Below, in pieces: positions 51,132-60,599 of a DNA stretch of 64,000 bases. How positions within the stretch are numbered: the first letter of the stretch is position 1; each line of letters opens with the position of its first letter. Under the pieces are notes generated by a model that saw nothing but the letters and a program-made list of their open reading frames with translations, was not told where the DNA came from and ran no database searches. The DNA lies in NCBI GenBank assembly GCA_040390065.1, contig JAZJZE010000009.1, positions 224,001-288,000 on the forward strand, written 5' to 3'. Position numbers and translations under genes: made by a program. Source of the stretch: a bacterium. Its GTDB lineage: Archaea > Thermoplasmatota > E2 > JACPAO01 > JAHFTW01.

Positions 51132-51223
51132 CTGCGCCGCCGCGAAGCGCGGCAAGGGCCGTACGGGTTCGCCGCGCGCCCGCGGCGCGAGGCATGGCCG
51201 AGGCCGCCGCAGCGGCCTTGGCC

Positions 51224-51243
51224 TCGAATCCCGTGCGGAGCAC
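51224..51243 (+). repeat. Duplicate of the tRNA-Glu 3' end (att-like)
   Basis: tcgaatcccgtgcggagcac versus tcgaatcccgtacggagcac (51113-51132), 19/20 identical. Confidence 0.8.
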
Positions 51244-51472
51244 ATCGATATCGGTTCGAATACCCCAAAAGGGGCCCTTCGAGCCAGTCAGTCGGAATCG
51301 GCAATTCATGCCCTAGCGGCGCGGTCGTTGGCATCATCATGCCTGGGTTCATCGCGGGAGCGACCAGTGCCGCGGAAAACCGCGGGCCACGTGGGATCTG
51401 TCCATTTCCGTCAGTCAGGCCGGCGCTGGTTCGATGCCTGCGCGGGAGGATGGGGGTGTGGAGCGAATCTCC

Positions 51473-51895
51473 ATGGCAACCCAAACCACCCCCCAAACGA
51501 CCAACGCCGCCACCTCCGTCAAGGACCTCATCGCGGAGGCCCGGACAAAGATCGACAATCTCCCGTGCGCCGCGATGGCGCAGGCCCTTGAAGCACCAGA
51601 CGTCCTGCTCGTCGACTTGCGGGAACCGGCCGAGCGCGCCCAGAACGGAACGATCCCCGGCGCCCTGGCGGCGCCGCGGGGCATGTTGGAGTTCTACGCC
51701 GATCCCACGATGCCCTACCACAAGCCCGAGTTCCAGCGCTCCCGCCGCATCCTTCTGTACTGCGCCTCCGGGGGCCGTTCCGCGCTTGCCGGCGCCAGCC
51801 TGCGCCGCCTCGGGTACGACCGCGTCGCGAGTCTCGATGGCGGCTTCAAGGCCTGGCAGGAATCGGGGCGAGAAGTCGCCCCCGTCCAGGCCTGA
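51473..51895 (+). CDS. Rhodanese-like sulfurtransferase
   Basis: LVDLREPAE, GTIPGA..APRGMLEF, active-site LYCASGGRS, LDGGFKAW. Confidence 0.92.
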   Translation: MATQTTPQTTNAATSVKDLIAEARTKIDNLPCAAMAQALEAPDVLLVDLREPAERAQNGTIPGALAAPRGMLEFYADPTMPYHKPEFQRSRRILLYCASGGRSALAGASLRRLGYDRVASLDGGFKAWQESGREVAPVQA

Positions 51896-51961
51896 AGCAA
51901 GCGGCGCGGAGCGTCGGCTGGCGGGCGAAGACGTTATCCTGAAGACCGCACGTGAGGCATC

Positions 51962-52966
51962 ATGGACGCAATCGACGTCGGGATCCTTCGAGCGATGGGC
52001 GTCCGCCCCTACGAGCGGACGCCCAAGCCGCTGGATGCCCTCCAGCCGTCCCGCATCGCGCGCGTGACAGGCTCCAGCGTGAACACCGTGAAGGACCGCA
52101 TCACTCGCATGACCGAGACCGGCGTCATCGCGGGATACCAAGCGGTCCCCAACCTGCGCCACCTGGGCTTGCAAGGTGAAGCGTACCACCTGAACTTCAC
52201 GAGCGACGCAGCCAAGGACGCCGCGATGCCTCGGCTCCTGGCGGTCGACGGCTTGCTGGAGCTGCACGACTTCCTTGGCCAAGGGGCCTGCGCGGACTTT
52301 GCCTTCAAGGACCACGCCGACTTGCAACGCACGCTCGCAACCATCTCCGCAGGATCCCAGCTCGGCGCGCCACGCCACTTCTACAGCCGCGAGATGCCTG
52401 AGGTCAAGCGGTCCCTCACCCCGCTGGATTGGCGCATCGTGCAGGCCTTGCGCGCCGACCCACGGGCGACGCCGGCCGACCTGGCGCCAGCCATCGGCGT
52501 CAGCACCCGCACGGTGAAGCGACACTTGACGCGGATGGCCGCAGAAGGCAGCCTCTTCCTCGTCCCCATGATTGATCCGAGCAAGGCGGACGGCGTTTTC
52601 CTGTTCGAACTCCTCGTCCACCTGCGGGAGGGCACGGGGCCGCGGCCGATGGCTGCGTTGCGGGCCGCTTTCCATGCCGAACACGTCTACGCCTATGTGC
52701 CGGCATCGGCGGAACTCGGGAACTTCGACCTGCTCTTGTTCGCTCGCACGAGCGCCGAGGTGGAAGCGTTGCGTCGGCGCGCCGAAGAGATCGACGGCGT
52801 CGTTCGAGCCGAGGCGTGGCTCTTCCGCGCGTTCCTGGGCTTCCCAACCGGGCTGGATGCCGCAATCGAGCGTGCCTCTCGCGGGTTGGAACCCGCACCC
52901 GCGGCCGTTTCGTCAAAGGGCCAGGGCGATGCCAAACGCCGCCCGCTGGCGCTCAAAAAGACATGA
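51962..52966 (+). CDS. Tandem Lrp/AsnC-type HTH transcriptional regulator
   Basis: Two HTH modules: MDAIDVGIL...NTVKDRITRM and LDWRIVQALRADPR...TRTVKRHL. Confidence 0.85.
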   Translation: MDAIDVGILRAMGVRPYERTPKPLDALQPSRIARVTGSSVNTVKDRITRMTETGVIAGYQAVPNLRHLGLQGEAYHLNFTSDAAKDAAMPRLLAVDGLLELHDFLGQGACADFAFKDHADLQRTLATISAGSQLGAPRHFYSREMPEVKRSLTPLDWRIVQALRADPRATPADLAPAIGVSTRTVKRHLTRMAAEGSLFLVPMIDPSKADGVFLFELLVHLREGTGPRPMAALRAAFHAEHVYAYVPASAELGNFDLLLFARTSAEVEALRRRAEEIDGVVRAEAWLFRAFLGFPTGLDAAIERASRGLEPAPAAVSSKGQGDAKRRPLALKKT

Positions 52967-53044
52967 CGCGGTCGGAATCGCGAACGAATTCGTACAGGTT
53001 TCGCCCCCGGCAGCCTTTACGCCAGCCGCGCTCTCGGCGCCTGC

Positions 53045-54184
53045 ATGGCACGGGCCCTGGTGCTTGGCGGCGGCTTCGGCGGCATCTCGGCAGCCCTGGA
53101 ACTTCGGCGCCTTCTCGGGGCAGGCCACGACGTCACCTTGGTCGACGAGGGCACGGCCTTCCGCATGGGCCTGGGGAACTTGTGGCTGCTTGACGGCCGT
53201 CGCAAGGTCGGCGAGGGAAGACGGGCGCTCCGAGATCTGGAGTCCAAAGGCATCCAGGTGAGGAAGGGGGTCGTGCAGGACATCGACGTCGCCCAGCGTA
53301 GCGCCGTCGTCGACGGCGAGACCCTGCAGTCCGACGGACTGGTCGTCGCTCTCGGCATGCGCCTTGCCCCGGAAGCGACGCCCGGATTCGACCTCACGCA
53401 CAACGTGTACGACGAGGCTGGCGCCGCAGCATTCGCCGCCGCGCTTCAGGAATTCCGCGGTGGGCGCCTGCTCATCCAGGTTTGCGGCTTGCCGTTCAAG
53501 TGTCCGCCTGCGCCGTACGAAGCGGCGCTGATTGCCGCCGACGTCCTGAGGCGCCGGGGTGTCAAGGCCGATATCCACCTCGCGACTCCCGAGGCGCACC
53601 CATTGCCCGTGGCGCCCCCAGAATTCGGCGGCCGCTTGCTGCCCATCCTCGAAGCGGCGGGAATCACGTACCATCCCAACTGCAAGCCAGCGCGTTTCGT
53701 CGACGGCGCCGTGGAATGGGAGAACGGGTCGCGACAATCCTTCGACTTGGCGGCGGCGGTCCCCATCCATCAAGCGCCGCAAGTCATCGCCCGCACGGGC
53801 TTGGCGGGGCCATCCGGGTTCATTCCAGTCGATGCGCACACGATGCAGACGAAGGCCGCCGGAGTCTACGGCGTCGGCGATGTCGCCGCCGTGCCACTCC
53901 CCAACGGCAAGGTCGCGCCGAAGGCCGGCATGCTGGCCGAAGCCCAAGGACGGGCAGCCGCGAGCCACTTGGCAAGGGGAATCCTAGGGTCCGGTAAGGC
54001 AACGGACTTTGCCGGGCGTGGCACCTGCTTCATCGAGCTTGGCAACGGCCAAGCCATTCCGGCCGAGGGCGACTTCTTCGCCGCACCACAACCCCGCTTC
54101 GCCTTCCAGCCCGCCTCGACGCAGGGGCTACAGGAGAAACAGCGCTTCGAGGCGGACCGCCTCAAGGCCTGGTTCGGGGCATAG
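53045..54184 (+). CDS. FAD-dependent oxidoreductase, sulfide:quinone oxidoreductase-like
   Basis: LVLGGGFGG, KCPPAPYE, VYGVGD, PKAGMLA, second Cys in GTCFIE. Confidence 0.85.
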   Translation: MARALVLGGGFGGISAALELRRLLGAGHDVTLVDEGTAFRMGLGNLWLLDGRRKVGEGRRALRDLESKGIQVRKGVVQDIDVAQRSAVVDGETLQSDGLVVALGMRLAPEATPGFDLTHNVYDEAGAAAFAAALQEFRGGRLLIQVCGLPFKCPPAPYEAALIAADVLRRRGVKADIHLATPEAHPLPVAPPEFGGRLLPILEAAGITYHPNCKPARFVDGAVEWENGSRQSFDLAAAVPIHQAPQVIARTGLAGPSGFIPVDAHTMQTKAAGVYGVGDVAAVPLPNGKVAPKAGMLAEAQGRAAASHLARGILGSGKATDFAGRGTCFIELGNGQAIPAEGDFFAAPQPRFAFQPASTQGLQEKQRFEADRLKAWFGA

Positions 54185-54206
54185 TGGGTGATTGGGCCGG
54201 GATGGG

Positions 54207-54581
54207 CTACGAGAATGGTTTGACGGCCCCGGACAATTCGATGAGGACATTGGGCTCGTTGCCGACCACCCATGCGTCGTGGCCTGGCGGCATGACGGCA
54301 ACGTCGCCCGGACCGTATTCCATCTCGCTGCCATCCGCGAGTCGGATACGTTGCCGACCTGACAGGAAGATCTTGACGTGGGACTTCATGCAGAGGTCGG
54401 TCTTTGCGACGGGTTTGACGTCTTCAATCCAGTGCCAGCCGGGCTGCAGGGTCTCACGGTTGAAACTGAGGCCAGCGAGGTTCACGATTTGGAACATGGT
54501 GCGGTTGAAGGGCCGCTTCGTTTCGTCGGGCGTGTCGAAGCTCTTCTTCAACATCGGGATTGTCGGCAGTGTCGTCGTCAT
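54207..54581 (-). CDS. Cupin domain protein
   Basis: KSFDTPDE, LQPGWHW..DVKP...C.KSH, PGDV..MPPGHDAWVVGNEP. Confidence 0.88.
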   Translation of the reverse strand: MTTTLPTIPMLKKSFDTPDETKRPFNRTMFQIVNLAGLSFNRETLQPGWHWIEDVKPVAKTDLCMKSHVKIFLSGRQRIRLADGSEMEYGPGDVAVMPPGHDAWVVGNEPNVLIELSGAVKPFS

Positions 54582-54816
54582 GCTACGCCTCGCAGGATGC
54601 TGAGGATACCTGCAGGCGGTAGATAGCCCTGCGTTAGGGGTAGGCGCCGAGCGCTCCGCAAAACGTCCCGGTCACTTGCAGCCACGGGCCCGCCGTGAAT
54701 TGGTCCGCGAACGAATCGAATCCTTCGCGATTCAATCCGCCAGCAACGGAAGGGCGGAATCGACCCGCCCCTGGCCACTATCCCGTACGGAGCACATTCA
54801 TTGGGCTGGCCGGGCC

Positions 54817-55317
54817 TTACGCCGTGGCCCGTGCGGGCGCCACGGTGGCGTTCGGCACTGGGGGGGTTTCTACGAGGGCGGGTGGCCGGCGTTCGACGAG
54901 GGATTCCAGGGTGATCTGGACTTCGATGTCGGTGAGGTCTTCGGAGAGGCGTTCCTTGAGGATGGTTTGCAGGTGGTTGAGGTCGCGCACGCGCATCATG
55001 ACGAGGACGGGTTTAGGCCCCGTGATGAGAAGGGCCCGGGTGACGTTCGGGATGGCGGCGAGTTGTTTGGCGACGGCGGCGGAGCGTGTGAGGTCGCAGC
55101 GCGCGTATAGGATGGCAAGTGCTGGCAGGCCGGCTTGTTCGAGGTCGATGCGCGCCTCGTAGCCCCGCAGGAAGCCGCCGAGTTCGAGGGCGGTGACGCG
55201 TTCGCGCACGGTGGTCTCGGAGCGGCCGACGGCTTGCGCAAGGTCGGTCAGGCTGATGCGAGCGTTCTTCTGCAGCAACTGAAGGATGCGGAGATTGGTC
55301 TCGTCCATGCGTGCCAT
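54817..55317 (-). CDS. Lrp/AsnC family transcriptional regulator
   Basis: MDETNLRILQLLQKNARISLTDLA..VGRSETTVRERV..LE..G.LRGY plus a RAM domain. Confidence 0.9.
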   Translation of the reverse strand: MARMDETNLRILQLLQKNARISLTDLAQAVGRSETTVRERVTALELGGFLRGYEARIDLEQAGLPALAILYARCDLTRSAAVAKQLAAIPNVTRALLITGPKPVLVMMRVRDLNHLQTILKERLSEDLTDIEVQITLESLVERRPPALVETPPVPNATVAPARATA

Positions 55318-55504
55318 AGCGACGTCCACCGTCCAACTGGACGGATAGGGATAGGCGGCGAAGCCCCTCATATACCTTGGGGCAAGGTTCCGGTTTCGGT
55401 CGATGCAAGCAACGCTGTGGCACGCCGTCGGGTGGGAAGCGGCTTCGCGTGGGTTCCCGCCGCCAAATGGGGCTGGCGGGAATCGCGCTCGTCCTCGCGT
55501 GGGC

Positions 55505-55999
55505 CTAGCCAAAGGTCGCTTCGGACGATGGAGAGGGCGCCTGGCTGGGCTCCGCCAGGCCGGGCGGGCCTTGAGCGGGCGCTTCCGTCTCCCTCGTGGC
55601 CGGGCGTGCGGGGCGCCCCCACATGCCGGCGGGTCGGGAGCCGGGCGCGACGACGCGTTCGATGAGGTGGCCGAGGCGGCCGGCCTCTTCGGCGCGGATG
55701 CGTGCCTGCTCGAGGGCTTCTGGCCGGATGTGCCGCTTGCTCACGAAGAAGTAGCAGGTGCGGCAGTCGCGCAGGCTCGACAGCGAATCGAGCACGCCGT
55801 GGTCCTTGAGGCGGCGCACGGCGTAGCGGATGGTGCGCGGGGGCAGGCCGGTGGCCAGTCCGAGTTCGTTGTGGGTCAAGGGGCCGCGTTCGCGCACGGC
55901 GTCGAGGACGCGACGCGCGGAGCCGGGCAGGTTTTCCACGATGCGCGGATCGACCTGGACGGCGTCGGCCGGAAACTGCAGGAACGAGTATTCGGTCAT
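55505..55999 (-). CDS. Winged-helix DNA-binding protein (archaeal MarR-like)
   Basis: LPGSARRVLDAV...GPLTHNEL...LPPRTIRYAVRRLK...SLRDCRT.Y. Confidence 0.82.
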   Translation of the reverse strand: MTEYSFLQFPADAVQVDPRIVENLPGSARRVLDAVRERGPLTHNELGLATGLPPRTIRYAVRRLKDHGVLDSLSSLRDCRTCYFFVSKRHIRPEALEQARIRAEEAGRLGHLIERVVAPGSRPAGMWGRPARPATRETEAPAQGPPGLAEPSQAPSPSSEATFG

Positions 56000-56236
56000 G
56001 CAACCTTCAATCATCGGCCACCAATGATAAGCCAAGCCCGTGGATGCCGCGGTGCGGGGGGTTTATGCGGCGCGGAATCCGCGGGATTGTCCTAGTGGAC
56101 GCCTGGACCGGCATTCTCCAGGGAGAAACGGGGTCTTTGTGCAACGCGGCGACCTGGGAGGCCTCCGCCAGGCCCATCTCAAGACAACACCGTCGTGAAA
56201 ACAAGTGGGAGGAAGGGAGAAGGGTGCAAGAGTGGT

Positions 56237-56992
56237 CTAGCCGTAGTAGGTCCGGACCTCTCCTGCGAGGGCGCAGCCGCCGGAGTTCGCGACGATCTCG
56301 ATGGCGTAGGCGCCATGCGACGAGAGGGGCGCTTGGATCTCGACGGTCTGGTTCTGGCCTGCCGGGAGCATGACGGTCTGTTCCTTGAGGACCGCCTTGT
56401 TGGGGTCCAGGATGCGCAGACGAATCTCGCTCGATCCGGCAAACACGACGCTTCGCAGGTCGACGTGCAGGACCATGGTGCTGGCCTTGTCACGCACCTC
56501 GACAGGCATCGCGAGCCGCGACGTCTGCGTCGCGTTCAGCGGCCCTGGCGGGGACGCGTAGAGGACTTGGCCAGCGATGGCCATCTTCTCGTCCACCTTG
56601 ACCTCGAGGGAGGTCGAGTCGGACTTCTTGTTCTGCCCGTCGCTCGTGCCCGAGTCGAGCACCGTCACCGTGGCGTGGTAGTCGCCACCGCGGCCGTAGG
56701 TGTGCTTGACGTCGGCCGCTTCGCGGTCGGTCACGCTTGTCTGGTTGCCGTCGCCAAAGTCGAAGACCCAGCTGGCGATCTTGCCGTCCGGGTCGCTCGA
56801 GTCCCTGGCGTCGAAGGCGAACGAATCGGTCGTCCAGCCTTCGTTGCGGTCTGCCTTGAGGCGTGCCTGCGGCGCCTGGTTGCTGGTGCCGCCGCCGAAG
56901 CCGGAACACCCGGCCAGGACGAAACACGACGCTAGCGCCAAGGCGAGGAACACGCCTCGCGGCGTATGGTTGCGTTCGTTGTGGGGTGCCAT
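56237..56992 (-). CDS. PKD-domain lipoprotein
   Basis: Lipobox VLAGC and FDARDSSDPDGKIASWVFDFGDG. Confidence 0.85.
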   Translation of the reverse strand: MAPHNERNHTPRGVFLALALASCFVLAGCSGFGGGTSNQAPQARLKADRNEGWTTDSFAFDARDSSDPDGKIASWVFDFGDGNQTSVTDREAADVKHTYGRGGDYHATVTVLDSGTSDGQNKKSDSTSLEVKVDEKMAIAGQVLYASPPGPLNATQTSRLAMPVEVRDKASTMVLHVDLRSVVFAGSSEIRLRILDPNKAVLKEQTVMLPAGQNQTVEIQAPLSSHGAYAIEIVANSGGCALAGEVRTYYG

Positions 56993-57097
56993 GAGGTCAC
57001 CATCTCACACTGCGGGACCTCATGGGACTTAACCGCTGTTGCAGAATCATTGTCGTTGCCGCGGCCGCAAATTGCAGGTCTGGACGGGGGGCGGGCT

Positions 57098-58480
57098 TTA
57101 CGCGCGGCGGCGTACGACGCCGACCAGCACCGCTGCGCCGATGAGGGCGACGAATGGCAGGAGGGCCGAGTCGCCGGGCTCGCGCGCCACCGCGGCATCT
57201 CGAGACGCCTGGCTGAGACCCGTGGGCGCGGGATTGGTGCCGCCGTTGGCCGGCGCGCTGGCTTGGCCACTGACGACGGGCGACACCGCGGGCGCTGCCG
57301 TATCCGTCGCCGCACCCGGTGTGACGGTGGCACTGGATGCGGGCGGCGCGACCGGGCCAACTTGCGGCGGGGTGGCAGCGGGTTGGACCGGCGCGGCTTG
57401 CGGCGGGTTCGTTCCTGCCGGCGGGCTCGCTGGCTCAGCCGATTGGGCGGGCGCCGACGCAGCCGGCTGCGTATCGGATGGGAGGGGTGTGGACGGTTCC
57501 GCGGACGACGGCTGTGTCACGGAGGCGTCCGTGGCGGGGGGAGCCGCAGTCGCATCGCTCGGCGTGCTGGAGGGGACCTCGACGTTGGCGGGCACCGAAA
57601 GGAGCGATCCTCCGGTCTGCAAGTGGACCGCCAAGGTCGAATTTGCCAGCGTGTCAAACGTCGTGTCTGGAGCCGCGCCCAAGTTGGCCACCAATGCGGG
57701 GGCCGCCGCGGCCTCGACCAGTTGCACCGTGATCTTGTGGTGGATCGGGTCGACGTCGGAGTCGTGGTAGACGTACATGCTCGATACGTCGAGCGGGGGG
57801 GCGATGCCGCCGTTGGGCAGGACGAGCACGTACGCGAAGGCGTCGGTCGTGTTGCCGGAGCAGTCCTGGTTCAACGGGCACGGCCGCTGCGGGAGCGTCG
57901 ATGCCGCGACGGTCGTGAAGACTGGAGCGGCGTCGGCCGGACCGACGGCTGGAGGCGGCGTCCGCACGGGAGTGGACGCGCTGTCCGTCACGGGGGGCGT
58001 CGTCGGCACGGTGAGCTGGGGTGCGGTCACCGGCGTCTGGTCCCCGGCACCCGCTTGCGAGGCATCGATGGCTGTGCCATCGTTGGCTGACATGGCTCCA
58101 GCCGCGCCGCCGTTGGCCTGCAGGAAGACCGCGACGCCGAGAGCCAATGCCATGCCGAGCACCAGCGCCAGCGAGGCCACGGCCATGACGAGGTAGAAAC
58201 GCACGCGCTGCGGCTCGAGGATCGACTTTCCGCGCGCAGAGAGATTGTAGTAGACCCAGCGGCGCTCCGGGTCGTCCATCCGCTCGATGAGACCCGACTC
58301 GGTCAGCTTCTTGAGATGCTCCGACACGGCCGGCTTGCCAAGGTTGAGGCGGACGGCCATCTCCGCACCGGTCATCCGGCGTTCCGACAAGAGGCGTAGG
58401 ATCTCACGCCTGGATTCGCTCGACAGGACCTTCAAGAGGGAGTCGTCGAGGGGGAGTTCGAGGACCTGAGGGGCGTTCAT
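57098..58480 (-). CDS. ArsR-type HTH fused to a TM helix, a Pro/Ala/Thr-rich external region and a C-terminal TM-RRR anchor
   Basis: LKVLSSESRREILRLLSERRMT..E...KPAVSEHLKKL...RWVYYNLS, a TM segment, and the C-terminal LLPFVALIGAAVLVGVVRRRA. Confidence 0.82.
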   Translation of the reverse strand: MNAPQVLELPLDDSLLKVLSSESRREILRLLSERRMTGAEMAVRLNLGKPAVSEHLKKLTESGLIERMDDPERRWVYYNLSARGKSILEPQRVRFYLVMAVASLALVLGMALALGVAVFLQANGGAAGAMSANDGTAIDASQAGAGDQTPVTAPQLTVPTTPPVTDSASTPVRTPPPAVGPADAAPVFTTVAASTLPQRPCPLNQDCSGNTTDAFAYVLVLPNGGIAPPLDVSSMYVYHDSDVDPIHHKITVQLVEAAAAPALVANLGAAPDTTFDTLANSTLAVHLQTGGSLLSVPANVEVPSSTPSDATAAPPATDASVTQPSSAEPSTPLPSDTQPAASAPAQSAEPASPPAGTNPPQAAPVQPAATPPQVGPVAPPASSATVTPGAATDTAAPAVSPVVSGQASAPANGGTNPAPTGLSQASRDAAVAREPGDSALLPFVALIGAAVLVGVVRRRA

Positions 58481-58732
58481 GTCAGACAGGCCATTCGTTC
58501 CGGGCCATATGAAGTTCACTCTGGTGTTCGGTCGACGCCGAACCCGTGCACGGTCCTCTGGAAATGTGGGTTTGGTGGCAACCGAACCATGGTTCGGCCT
58601 GTACAGAAAAGAACGGCCGAAGGCCTACCTCGTGGTCCGCACGATACTTAAGGCAGAGTTTGCGGCAACAGCGGCCCACGCACGCCTGTCGGCAGCCTGA
58701 AGTGGCCCCCGCCTGTGGCTGCCCGAAGCCGG

Positions 58733-59911
58733 ATGCGGGTCGCCATCTTCACCGACAGTTGGTTCCCGCGCATCGACGGTTTGACGACGAGCGTCCAGGG
58801 CTTCAAGGCCGAGTTGGAGAAGCGAGGCCATACCTTCCATGTGTTTACGTCCGGGCCCCGCTGGGAACGAACGCACGACGTCACCCGGTACAAGGGGTTC
58901 CCGTTCTGGGGCTACCCGGATTTCTATGTCAGCCTCCGCCCCGGCCGCCACGATACGGCGCGCATCCTCAAGGAGGAGGGCTTCGACCTCGTGCATATCC
59001 AGAGCCCGTTCATGGTCGGCTGGTGGGGCTTGCGAGGGGCCCGCAAGGCCGGGCTGCCCGTCATCACGAGCTACCACACGTACATCCCCGACCTCGTGCC
59101 CTACGTCGTGCCGCCGGGCTTCCGGACCGTCTCGCAACGCATCGTCTGGCGTTGGACCGAGACCTTCTTCCGCCGCTGCGACGCGGTCCTCGTGCCGAGC
59201 AACTCGTGCGCGCGGGAACTGATCGACCACGTGCCGCACCACAAGATCCCCAACCTCGAGATCCACCCGAACGGCGTCGACACGCGGCGCTTCAACCCCG
59301 GCGCCCGCAGCGACGCGATGCGCGCCCGCCTCGGCCCGCCCGATGCACTCATCCTGCTATCGGTCGGCCGCCTGGCGCGTGAGAAGGACGTGCCCTTCCT
59401 GCTGTCGGCCTTCGCCGAGGCACGCCGCATCGAGCCGCGGCTGCATATTGCCGTCGGTGGGCGCGGCCCCGAACTGGAGCGCGTGCAGAAGCGCGCGGCC
59501 GAACTCGGCATCCAGCCAGCCATGACGTACATGGGCTTCATCCCGGACGCAGAGCTTCCGGCGGCCTACGCTTCCTCGGACGCCTTTGCTTCGGCCAGCC
59601 AGTTCGAGACGCAGGGGATGACGGCCGTGGAGTCCATGGCTTGCGGGACGCCGGTTGCGGCGGTGCGCGCCCGCGGCCTTGCCGACTACGTGGGCGAGGG
59701 AGTGACAGGACACCTGTTCGAACCCGGCGACGTCGAAGGCGCCGCGGAAGCCATCCTGAAGACGGTACGTGCCGGGGCTGCGATGCGGACGGCGGCGCGG
59801 GCTCACGCCGAGACGTTCAGCCTGGACAGCTCCGTCGACCAGTTGGAGATGTGCTACAAGCGCGTCACGGCGGCGGGTCGGCGCGACGGCCGGCTTGAAC
59901 CCCGAATCTAG
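58733..59911 (+). CDS. GT4 family glycosyltransferase (monoglucosyldiacylglycerol synthase-like)
   Basis: MRVAIFTDSWFP..DG, HIQSPF, SYHT, PNGVD, VGRLAREK, FETQGM..VESMACGTPV. Confidence 0.92.
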   Translation: MRVAIFTDSWFPRIDGLTTSVQGFKAELEKRGHTFHVFTSGPRWERTHDVTRYKGFPFWGYPDFYVSLRPGRHDTARILKEEGFDLVHIQSPFMVGWWGLRGARKAGLPVITSYHTYIPDLVPYVVPPGFRTVSQRIVWRWTETFFRRCDAVLVPSNSCARELIDHVPHHKIPNLEIHPNGVDTRRFNPGARSDAMRARLGPPDALILLSVGRLAREKDVPFLLSAFAEARRIEPRLHIAVGGRGPELERVQKRAAELGIQPAMTYMGFIPDAELPAAYASSDAFASASQFETQGMTAVESMACGTPVAAVRARGLADYVGEGVTGHLFEPGDVEGAAEAILKTVRAGAAMRTAARAHAETFSLDSSVDQLEMCYKRVTAAGRRDGRLEPRI

Positions 59912-60507
59912 AACTGGGCAGCGTTCTCGAGGGCCAGGCGCTCGCGGCGGGCCATGACCATGCGGCGGATGGAATAGCCCCACGATGCGGCCAGGAACGC
60001 CGCGGCGGCCGACAGGCTGACGGCGAGGGCGGTGCTGCTGTCGAAGTACTTGTAGGCCGACGTGGCGGCAAGCAGAAGGGCGCCGTACTTTGCCACGGAC
60101 CCCAGGCCGACGTAGAAGACGGCCAGCCCGGGACGCCAGCCGCGCACCCGGATGAAGGCGCCGACGACGGGCAGGACTGGAACGACCCGGTTGACGAGGA
60201 CGAGCTTCTCGTCGCTCACCAGCAGGGAGCCGGCGTAGCCGTCCATGAGGCGGCGCAACCAGCCCGGGAGGCGGATCATGCCGGTGAGATAGTACAGGAG
60301 CCCAGCGGTCATGACCTCGACGGCGGCGGCGATGGCGACGAGGGCCGCGCCCCAGGCCAGGGTCGGGTTCTGCAGGAAGGCGCCGAGGATGGCCAACTCG
60401 GGCAGTAGGGGGACGCCGAGTCCGTCGAGGAGGAACACGATGGCGACGGCGGCCAGCGGGTGCGCCTGCACAAGGATCCACAACGCGGATTGGCCGATTG
60501 CCGTCAC
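59908..60507 (-). CDS. Membrane protein, DedA/VTT-like
   Basis: DGLGVPLLPEL, LVNRVVPVLP motif, 4-5 TM segments. Confidence 0.65.
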   Translation of the reverse strand: MTAIGQSALWILVQAHPLAAVAIVFLLDGLGVPLLPELAILGAFLQNPTLAWGAALVAIAAAVEVMTAGLLYYLTGMIRLPGWLRRLMDGYAGSLLVSDEKLVLVNRVVPVLPVVGAFIRVRGWRPGLAVFYVGLGSVAKYGALLLAATSAYKYFDSSTALAVSLSAAAAFLAASWGYSIRRMVMARRERLALENAAQF

Positions 60508-60599
60508 CTCCAGTCAGGCCGCACGGGCCCTTGGACCGGTTTCGAGACTCGGCCCGTCCTATAAACCTGCCCCTAAACCCGCCGCTTGCGGCAACACGG

